From assembly GCA_021399395.1 (NCBI GenBank), contig JAAFKJ010000007.1, forward strand, positions 1 to 17,581: DNA of 17,581 nt, written 5' to 3'. The notes under the pieces were generated by a model, which was not told the DNA's origin, ran no database searches, and saw only the letters and a list, made by a program, of their open reading frames with translations. Below are positions 8,162 to 15,019 of this stretch, in pieces (within the stretch, counting starts at the first letter, position 1; each line of letters begins with the position of its first letter). The position numbers were made by a program, and so were the translations under genes. This DNA comes from Candidatus Heimdallarchaeota archaeon (GTDB lineage: Archaea > Asgardarchaeota > Heimdallarchaeia > Heimdallarchaeales > Heimdallarchaeaceae).

Positions 8162-9310
8162 GTGTCCGCTCAAGGTTTAATAGATCATGCTAGAGATTTT
8201 GCAATAAAAGCATATAATTTTGATAAAGAAAAAAATTACAGTGAAGCAATTCCATACTATTTGGATGCTGCAGAGGCGTTAATGAAAGCTATTAAATTTG
8301 AGCGAAATCCACAAGTTGCTCGTTCATTAAAAAAGAAAGCTGAAATGTATATTAGTAGATCTAAAGAATTACGTGATCTCCTTGAGAGAAAAAAAGAGCG
8401 AAGATCTTCTGCTGGTAGTGACGATGAAGAAGAAGATAAACTCGAAGGAGCTATTTCTGATATAATTGTAACTGAAAAACCTAATATAACTTTAAATGAA
8501 ATAGCAGGATTGGAAACTGCTAAACAAACACTTCGTGAAGCAATTGTCTTACCTTTAATGAGACCAGATCTGTTCTCAGGAGCGAGAAGACCTTGGAAAG
8601 GTATTCTTTTATTCGGACCTCCCGGTTGCGGTAAAACACTTCTAGCCAAAGCAACTGCAGCAGAAGTAGAGGCTACTTTTTTCAATGTGAGTGCATCTTC
8701 GATTATCTCTAAATGGCTTGGAGAATCTGAAAAGCTAGTTCGAACCCTTTTTGAACTTTCACGTGAGAAACAACCAAGTATCATTTTTATCGACGAAGTT
8801 GATGCTCTAGCTGGAGCTAGAGGTGGTGAACATGACGCGATGAGGCGAGTCAAGACTGAATTATTGACTTCAATGGATGGACTCTCAAGTTCAGAAAAAG
8901 ACCGAATTGTAACAGTAGGTGCAACCAACATGCCTGAAGCTATAGATGGGGCATTTCGAAGAAGGTTTGAAAGAAGGATTTACATACCATTACCTGATTT
9001 TCCAGCTCGTGCTGCAATATACGGTTTTAATACAAAAGGCGTGGATTTGGCGGATGAAGTTGATTTTGAGGTTCTTGCCGAAATTACAGATGGTTATTCA
9101 GGGTCAGACATTGCTATGGTTTGTAGAGAAGCGATCATGACACCTATACGTGAATTAGATATGGCTGGAGCAATCGATGATGTCTCAATAAAAGCAAGAG
9201 CTGTAACTCAAGATGATTTCATTGAAGCCATAGAAGCAATTAATCCTTCTGTTAGTGATGATGAGATCGAAAAATATGATCAATGGAACGAAGAATTTGG
9301 CAGCGCATAA
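8162..9310 (+). CDS. vps4: Vps4 AAA+ ATPase with N-terminal MIT domain
   Basis: MIT ('AIKAYNFDKEKNYSEAIPYYLDAAEAL...YISRSKEL'), 'RRPWKGILLFGPPGCGKT' (Walker A), 'SKWLGESEKLV' pore loop, 'IIFIDEVD' (Walker B), 'RRVKTELL', 'ATNMP..IDGAFRRRFERRIYIPLP', C-terminal 'WNEEFGS'. GTG start with GAGG RBS. Confidence 0.97.
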   Translation: MSAQGLIDHARDFAIKAYNFDKEKNYSEAIPYYLDAAEALMKAIKFERNPQVARSLKKKAEMYISRSKELRDLLERKKERRSSAGSDDEEEDKLEGAISDIIVTEKPNITLNEIAGLETAKQTLREAIVLPLMRPDLFSGARRPWKGILLFGPPGCGKTLLAKATAAEVEATFFNVSASSIISKWLGESEKLVRTLFELSREKQPSIIFIDEVDALAGARGGEHDAMRRVKTELLTSMDGLSSSEKDRIVTVGATNMPEAIDGAFRRRFERRIYIPLPDFPARAAIYGFNTKGVDLADEVDFEVLAEITDGYSGSDIAMVCREAIMTPIRELDMAGAIDDVSIKARAVTQDDFIEAIEAINPSVSDDEIEKYDQWNEEFGSA

Positions 9311-9323
9311 TTAAGAGGTCTCC

Positions 9324-10085
9324 TTGATGTCTACAACAGAGAAGAAAAAGCCTAAGAAAGAGAAAAAATCCTCAATTGATTTAAAACAACTCAAAGCTGA
9401 GAAACAAGTATCTGAAGAGAAATTAAAATTAATTGAAGCTAGTATAAAGGGTTTAGAAATTTCTGAGAATGATTTGAAATCCACACTTCCTGTTGAAACT
9501 ATTATTAGAGTAAAAGATGATTTGTCAAAAGATCAAAGAGCAGTTCTTGAGTTAGAATTTGATGAAGCCTTGCCAAAATGGGTTAAGGCTCCATGGATGT
9601 TCATAAAACCACCAAAAGGTGATCAGATTGAATCTTGGTTGGAAAGCTGGTCAGCAATAGTACTTGATTACTCTCGAATTTTTGTAATTCATGTAATTAA
9701 TATCAATGATCTTAGAACAGTACACCCATTTAACAATAAAAAGATAGGAAAAAGACTAACTGTTGAACAAGTTAGGGATGTAATTGACCATTTAGTTAGC
9801 CAGAATATTGCACGTTGGCTTGATGAAGATAAGAAAACCCGTGCAAGAATATACTGGAAATCTAATGAAGAATGGGCTGATAAACTTCTAGGTTTTATGA
9901 TAGAAACAGGAAGGGTTGTTGAAATCCAATCTCTATATGATTTAACACAACTTGAAGAAAATTGGAGCAATTTACCCGCAGATGATATGGTTATTGTATG
10001 TGAAATGCTGGTGGAACGTAAAGTTGCTAGATGGCTAAATAAAGATAAGACCATTATACAATTTGAAGCAGATAAAGTATTTTAA
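9324..10085 (+). CDS. vps25: ESCRT-II subunit Vps25-like with N-terminal extension
   Basis: 'PWMFIKPP...WLESWSAIVLDY', 'PFNNKKIGKRL', 'IYWKSNEEWADKL', 'SLYDL' correspond to conserved Vps25 winged-helix blocks. ATG at 9327 is an alternative start. Confidence 0.9.
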   Translation: MMSTTEKKKPKKEKKSSIDLKQLKAEKQVSEEKLKLIEASIKGLEISENDLKSTLPVETIIRVKDDLSKDQRAVLELEFDEALPKWVKAPWMFIKPPKGDQIESWLESWSAIVLDYSRIFVIHVININDLRTVHPFNNKKIGKRLTVEQVRDVIDHLVSQNIARWLDEDKKTRARIYWKSNEEWADKLLGFMIETGRVVEIQSLYDLTQLEENWSNLPADDMVIVCEMLVERKVARWLNKDKTIIQFEADKVF

Positions 10086-10098
10086 AAAAAGAAGGGTT

Positions 10099-10836
10099 TT
10101 AAAGACCCAACAATCCTGGGAACCAAAACTTCGTTCCTTCCGAGTAGCTTCGATCAACTCTAGCTATACCATGCTCTTCGAAGAATTTCAAACTTCTATC
10201 GATTCTTTCTTCTGTCCAATCAGTTTTCATGAGTAAAGCTTCTTTGGTTATAAAGCCCTCTCGAGAAGCGTAATTCAGTATTATATCATGATCTGTGCTG
10301 AACTCTACAGTGGTAAATTCTAAAATCTTCACACCAGAATCTAATACCCTATAGGGCGGTAATAACTGTGAATTAATCAATTTATCAATTGAACGTCTCA
10401 AATCATCTATTGAAACCATTCTACCAGGACGAATCTTATTCAATTGAGTAAAAAGTTCTCCAATTGCAATTATACCTCCATTCTCTGGAGTTAAACTCTG
10501 TCCTAATTCCAAGATTTCATTTGCTAAAACATCATAGAAACCTTTCCCTGTTAGCTTATCTTTGAGTGTTGGTGATTCTTTCCAATCATAACGACCAATC
10601 TCAGTGGGTAAACCTAACTCTTCCCTTAAATCAGCTAATTTATCGTAATAATCTTTATTACCAGAGATTTTGTCTCCATATTTCTTTTCGAATTTCTTCA
10701 ATTGCTTCTTAACTTCACTGATATTGTTTATCATCTGTTCAAGTTCTTTAATCATTAATTCTGCATCTTTCACCTGAAATGCAGACTTAATCTTGATTTT
10801 CTTTTCAATATCTCTTAAACCCACTTCAATCTCCAC
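10099..10836 (-). CDS. vps22: ESCRT-II subunit Vps22/Vps36 (EAP30 domain)
   Basis: 'FEKKYGDKI', 'ELGLP', 'GFYDVLANEILE...ENGGII', 'VSIDDLRRSIDKL', 'DH..IL', 'WTEERIDRSL', 'ARVD', 'FWFP' follow Snf8/EAP30 over the whole length. GTG start. Confidence 0.93.
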   Translation of the reverse strand: MEIEVGLRDIEKKIKIKSAFQVKDAELMIKELEQMINNISEVKKQLKKFEKKYGDKISGNKDYYDKLADLREELGLPTEIGRYDWKESPTLKDKLTGKGFYDVLANEILELGQSLTPENGGIIAIGELFTQLNKIRPGRMVSIDDLRRSIDKLINSQLLPPYRVLDSGVKILEFTTVEFSTDHDIILNYASREGFITKEALLMKTDWTEERIDRSLKFFEEHGIARVDRSYSEGTKFWFPGLLGL

Positions 10837-10888
10837 TTGTGTTATTGTCTAGCAGTTATTTATATCTTCTCAAATTAAAAAGATAAAT

Positions 10889-11221
10889 CTAGAACAAACT
10901 TGGTAATTTGAGTAACCATTTATTGATTTTTTCAGTCAGCAAATTTCTTTCTTTAGAAGATAAAAATGCAGCTAACTTATTTTGATACTTTTTGAGAAGA
11001 GATCTGTAAATATCATTCATCTCTTCAAAAATCCTCTCTCCTTCTCCTCCCACTTTCTTTAACTCTAGTGAAAGTTCTTCTAATTCCTCTAAAATATACC
11101 CTACATCTATTCTTATCTCTACCATATCAGCTAATTCGAATAGTTCTTTTCGAATAGAGACATACACATTGTTCATAGGGCTAGTTCTTTCCATTTTTGC
11201 CACCAAGTTGTTGAATTTCAA
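10889..11221 (-). CDS. Small alpha-helical protein; probable stand-alone Vps28 C-terminal-domain paralogue
   Basis: Fills the gap between ESCRT-I and vps22 in the same orientation and aligns by eye with the last ~90 aa of the upstream gene (see findings). Start uncertain (TTG 11221, GTG 11203, ATG 11194). Confidence 0.65.
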   Translation of the reverse strand: MKFNNLVAKMERTSPMNNVYVSIRKELFELADMVEIRIDVGYILEELEELSLELKKVGGEGERIFEEMNDIYRSLLKKYQNKLAAFLSSKERNLLTEKINKWLLKLPSLF

Positions 11222-11255
11222 GAAAAGGAGAAATGATTTGAGAAACCTGATCAGA

Positions 11256-12668
11256 TTATAGTTCTTTTAATAATCTTCTGAAATCATTTAGCCATCTGGC
11301 TGCTTGGAATTCTAGTTTCTCACAATCCTCTTCTTTAATTACATCCTGTGGATTGTACTTTGAAATTATATCTTTCCAATTATTCATATCATCAATAGCC
11401 CAATGATCTTTTGGAATAGATGGAAATGTTTTCAAGATATGAAGCATTTCATCAATATCTGCAAGTAATAAGTCGGCTCTTGCCACTGATTTTAGTCTAG
11501 TTAAATCTATTAATTCAATGGCTGAAGAAACAAAGTCTGCAGTTTTTGATGGCATTTTCTTCAATGTGTCAAATGGTATAGACACACTTTCAGTAGTTTC
11601 AACTCCTTCAGCATTTCTTAACTGTTTGATGCCTTTGGGATATTTCTTCTCGATACCTTCTCTGCGAAGGAATGCTTCTAAATTGAATCCAATTTTTTCC
11701 AATTGTAATCTGGTTTTGAAGATAGCTCTGATTAGGGCTCTCAATTGTTTTCTATAAGCAATCTGCTCTATTTCATTATCTTCATATCCCTCAATTAAAG
11801 TATTCAGAGTAGCTATAGATGCAAATAAATCTGCTTCTAAATCCAGTATTCTTTCATCTCCTTTTGTCATGTCACCACTTGATTTAGTTTTAACTTGGTT
11901 AAGCTGTTTTTCAGCTATAAAACCTTTTTTCGTGTATCGTTTATGTAATTTTAGATATTCAATGTTTGTCATATCTCCATCTTCGAATTTCTCTTCAACC
12001 ACTTCTAATGTGCCTTGAATAGCAACAAATTCTGCTTGAAGATCTTCTTCTCTAGAGATTGTTATCTCCTTAGATTTTGCTTCAAAAGCAATTCCGCCCT
12101 CTTTCAGAAGTGCCTCTCTCTCATCTTCTATCTCTCTAGATATATTTTGAATTTCGCTCTGATATTCAACAATTGAGTCATCCAAATTTCTTTTTTCTGC
12201 GACCATTTGAGGACTACTTGATGAAGCTAAGGAAACCTGAGGCAGTTCTTTTATAGGTATTTTTGAAATAGTTAAACCTGTATGTCTTTCATCTCTTTTT
12301 GCTTTCTTAGCTTTTGTTTTGTAAGTTTTAGCAGTAACAGTTTCAAATAATTTCTTAATGTCTTCAATTATCTGGTAAATATGAAAACTTGCCTGCCATT
12401 CAACTAAAATACGTAAGCTCAAAGATCCATCATCATCTACATTAGGGTGATTTATTTTTGGAGTTATATCAACAAATGGCGGAACTTCAGGAAAACCGTC
12501 TTGGACATATATGTTGGCAAATATTGGTATATCAGTACCTTCTATCGTACCCACATATCCTTTCCATTGTTTAAGATTCCCTCTAACGGGTTCAAAATTC
12601 ATCTGTTTATCAAATATTAATTGCATTTCATTTGCGAGTAGGAAATCGTCTGGGGAAATTTTGTTCAC
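11256..12668 (-). CDS. Single-chain ESCRT-I: UEV (E2-like) domain, coiled coil, Vps23 steadiness-box hairpin, Vps28 N- and C-terminal domains
   Basis: E2 fold 'FPEVPPFV...NHPNVDDDGSLSLRILVEW' lacking the catalytic Cys; 'AIQGTLEVVEEKFEDGDMTNIEYLK' SB-like; 'ADLFASIATLNTLIEGYEDNEIEQIAY' Vps28-N; 'ADFVSSAIELIDLTRL...W....KYNPQDVIKEED..KLEF' Vps28-C. GTG start. Confidence 0.88.
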   Translation of the reverse strand: MNKISPDDFLLANEMQLIFDKQMNFEPVRGNLKQWKGYVGTIEGTDIPIFANIYVQDGFPEVPPFVDITPKINHPNVDDDGSLSLRILVEWQASFHIYQIIEDIKKLFETVTAKTYKTKAKKAKRDERHTGLTISKIPIKELPQVSLASSSSPQMVAEKRNLDDSIVEYQSEIQNISREIEDEREALLKEGGIAFEAKSKEITISREEDLQAEFVAIQGTLEVVEEKFEDGDMTNIEYLKLHKRYTKKGFIAEKQLNQVKTKSSGDMTKGDERILDLEADLFASIATLNTLIEGYEDNEIEQIAYRKQLRALIRAIFKTRLQLEKIGFNLEAFLRREGIEKKYPKGIKQLRNAEGVETTESVSIPFDTLKKMPSKTADFVSSAIELIDLTRLKSVARADLLLADIDEMLHILKTFPSIPKDHWAIDDMNNWKDIISKYNPQDVIKEEDCEKLEFQAARWLNDFRRLLKEL

Positions 12669-12747
12669 CTAGCTTTTTATCTCTAAATAATGAATACAAT
12701 CAAACTTTAAAAAATATTGCATTTAAAATGATGTTTTTCCTTGTTGA

Positions 12748-13755
12748 TTAATCCTTTATCTGAAGCACTACTTTTATTGGCTTGGCTAAGTTATTATCTA
12801 TGATGTAAGCAATCGACTTGGATTGTTTAATTACTTCTTTGATTACTTTATCTGGACTTATTATGGTTCCTTGTATCATAATATCGGGTTTAGCAAGTCC
12901 GTAAGTTAGTATTAACCTCAAAATCAGGTCCTTGACTGACTCTTCAGAATTTACAACAAATTCTATTTGTTCTAATTTGTAAAGGTCACCACAAGTTGGA
13001 CATTCCTCTGATCTAACTAGTTCAATTATTGTGGTTGCATTATGTAAACCATCATAAAACATGTAATTTTCTAAAATACTACCAATTCCAAGTAAGAGTT
13101 TCAAAGCTTCTTGAGATATAAACCCAGCAATTATAGACGATAATGTAGCAACTGCAGGTAAAGGTGGTTCCTTTTCTATTTCTTCCTCTCTCTCTTTCTT
13201 CCTTTCTTCTCCAAAAGGAGTACAAGCTTGTGCTAATTCTTCATCAGGTACCAGGGGCTGGCATTCAAAACATGCTGTTTCATGTGGCTTTATCACTTGA
13301 ACATTACCCAAGAAAGCAAACATTCCCCCCATAACTAATGGAGCATTAACTCTAACTGCCATTGAATTTATCCATCTTCTTCCGATAAATGTGTCTAGAC
13401 AAGCAATGATTACATCAGCTTCTTCATATATGGAAACGGAAACTTCTTCCATTTTTTTGTGGATAAAATCAATTTCGCATTTAGGATTTAAATCTCGTAA
13501 TCTTTCTGCAGCTATTTCAGATTTGGATTTCCCTACATCTTTATCTCTAAAGAGAAGTTGTCTGTTCAGATTGGAAACTTCAATAGTATCAAAATCAATG
13601 ATGATCAGTTTTCCTATTCCTGAAGATACTAGAATTGTTGCGACATAACTGCCTATTGCTCCTGCACCAACAAGAACAATGGTACTTCCACTCAACCTAT
13701 CTTGATCCCATCCTGGGATGAGCATTTGTCTGGAATAGCGATCTTCATCATTCAT
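12748..13755 (-). CDS. Ubiquitin-activating enzyme E1 (ThiF/MoeB superfamily, Uba2/Uba3-like layout)
   Basis: 'DRYSRQ', 'VGAGAIG', 'DFDTIEVSNLNRQLLF', 'GKSK', Zn pairs 'CFEC' and 'CPTC', candidate catalytic Cys in 'AQACTP', and a ~75-aa C-terminal extension resembling a ubiquitin-fold domain. Adjacent to ubiquitin. Confidence 0.92.
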   Translation of the reverse strand: MNDEDRYSRQMLIPGWDQDRLSGSTIVLVGAGAIGSYVATILVSSGIGKLIIIDFDTIEVSNLNRQLLFRDKDVGKSKSEIAAERLRDLNPKCEIDFIHKKMEEVSVSIYEEADVIIACLDTFIGRRWINSMAVRVNAPLVMGGMFAFLGNVQVIKPHETACFECQPLVPDEELAQACTPFGEERKKEREEEIEKEPPLPAVATLSSIIAGFISQEALKLLLGIGSILENYMFYDGLHNATTIIELVRSEECPTCGDLYKLEQIEFVVNSEESVKDLILRLILTYGLAKPDIMIQGTIISPDKVIKEVIKQSKSIAYIIDNNLAKPIKVVLQIKD

Positions 13756-13875
13756 ACGATGTACAATCCTTGATACTTCTTTTAGAATTATCGGATATAA
13801 GTTTATTTTTACTTAGTAACTGAATTAAAATATGTTAAAGAAAAGAGAAATTGTTGAAAAAGAGCATTAAGAAAG

Positions 13876-14112
13876 TTAAGAACCGCCTTTGGTTCTTGCG
13901 ATAAGATAGCATTTGTCGCCATCCATCATACCTGTTTGTTTTAGGATTTCACTATCGTCCAATTGTTTTCCGTGGAAGACAATGATAACTGTATTTGCAG
14001 GAATTTTTTTCTTCTTTGCTACTTCTCGTTTTAATTGAGCAACTGTTGATTGTGGATCCACATCTAGCTCAATTGATCCCCCACCAATTGCTGTGACTAC
14101 TGAAATTCGCAC
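13876..14112 (-). CDS. Eukaryote-like ubiquitin (precursor ending GG-S)
   Basis: 78 aa; 'IELDVDPQSTVAQLK', 'IP', 'VFHGKQLDD', 'LIARTKGG-S' map directly onto ubiquitin (ITLEVEPSDTIENVK, IFAGKQLED, LVLRLRGG). GTG start with GGTG RBS. Confidence 0.95.
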   Translation of the reverse strand: MRISVVTAIGGGSIELDVDPQSTVAQLKREVAKKKKIPANTVIIVFHGKQLDDSEILKQTGMMDGDKCYLIARTKGGS

Positions 14113-14216
14113 TTTTTTTCACACCTAAATTATTCTAATTTTATTTATTACATCTAACTTCTTAAAGCTTACCAAATTGTACGATGTAAAACTACACTAA
14201 ATTAAATGACAAAAAT

Positions 14217-14609
14217 TCATGAATTGACAGTCTTCTTCTTCTCACCCTTTCGTTTTATGGTAATAGAGGAAGGAATGCCTTCAATTTCTCTTTCCAGCTT
14301 TTTTATGCCTAATCTTGAAATCTGTTTTCCTTCCAAGAAACCAATTTTTATCATGTAGAGAACATTTTTGAATATAACTTCAGCTGTTTGTTTCTTATTA
14401 GGGCTATTGTAGAGATCTGACCAATAGTCATATGCTTCTTGAACCAAGAAAAATTGCATCAAAGCTATTTTATCTTTCTCTTCTACACTTTGAGGAGCTT
14501 CTTCAGCACTTTTCAGATCTTCCATTCTTTCTTTTCGCATTTCAGCAATTCTCAAGAGTTCTTGAGTCTTTTTCTTTCTGATTGCTTCCAGTTCATCATC
14601 GCTGGTCAT
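14217..14609 (-). CDS. Divergent PDCD5-like (dsDNA-binding domain) protein
   Basis: 'DDELEAIRKKKTQEL' N-terminus, 'LMQFFLVQEAYD' (cf. ILTPEARE), 'G...KQIS', C-terminal 'ITIKRK'. ATG 14609 preferred over 14627 because a BRE-TATA (GAAAAATAAA-TTTATAAC, - strand, about 14641-14658) sits about 30 nt upstream. Confidence 0.6.
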   Translation of the reverse strand: MTSDDELEAIRKKKTQELLRIAEMRKERMEDLKSAEEAPQSVEEKDKIALMQFFLVQEAYDYWSDLYNSPNKKQTAEVIFKNVLYMIKIGFLEGKQISRLGIKKLEREIEGIPSSITIKRKGEKKKTVNS

Positions 14610-15019
14610 TATCTTATCTAGTTTCAAAACAGTACTTCAAGTTATAAATTTATTTTTCAGTAACACTAGAAGTTAAAGAATCAAAAAAATGGTAAAAGAT
14701 ATAGAAAAAGAGATTTTGTGATCAAAAACAGGATATACACTATGTTTCTCGACTTATAGGTAAGTGCTTTCTACTGGCAGATATCTTGAAAGACCATTGA
14801 ATTTTTCTGCGTATTTTACTCCACATTTGAATCCATTTGATTTTCTTCCTACTTCAAGCCACTCATCTACTTGTTTCCATCCATAGAAATCTCTTCAGTA
14901 AATTTCGGGGTTTTTAAATTTCTGCCTAAATTGACTTTTGGTTTTTTTTACTTTGAATGAAGTGTCTTGCCAAAAATACTTTAAATAATCAAAACAACGC
15001 ATATCTAACAGATACTGTC

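Noticed and set aside
8257-10054. Alternative ORFs 8257-8931 (-), 8946-9140 (+) and 9689-10054 (-)
   Set aside because: They lie inside vps4 and vps25; the Ser-rich composition is typical of antisense frames.
11256-12668. Annotation as an ordinary active E2 ubiquitin-conjugating enzyme
   Set aside because: The catalytic Cys position is Ser and the domain is fused to ESCRT-I modules.
12748-14112. ThiF/MoeB plus ThiS/MoaD/SAMP sulfur-carrier interpretation
   Set aside because: The small protein matches ubiquitin (GKQL motif), the E1 has a UFD-like tail, and the context is ESCRT rather than cofactor synthesis.
14740-14880. Minus-strand frame ATG...TGA-GTG-GCT-TGA read as a UxxU selenoprotein
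   Set aside because: No SECIS-like hairpin is visible downstream, the remaining peptide resembles no redox fold, and the adjacent frame looks more gene-like.
14872-14898. CUGAAGA...GAAAC on the - strand resembling a hammerhead ribozyme core
   Set aside because: Stem II would close with G-G rather than G-C, and I could not build stems I and III.
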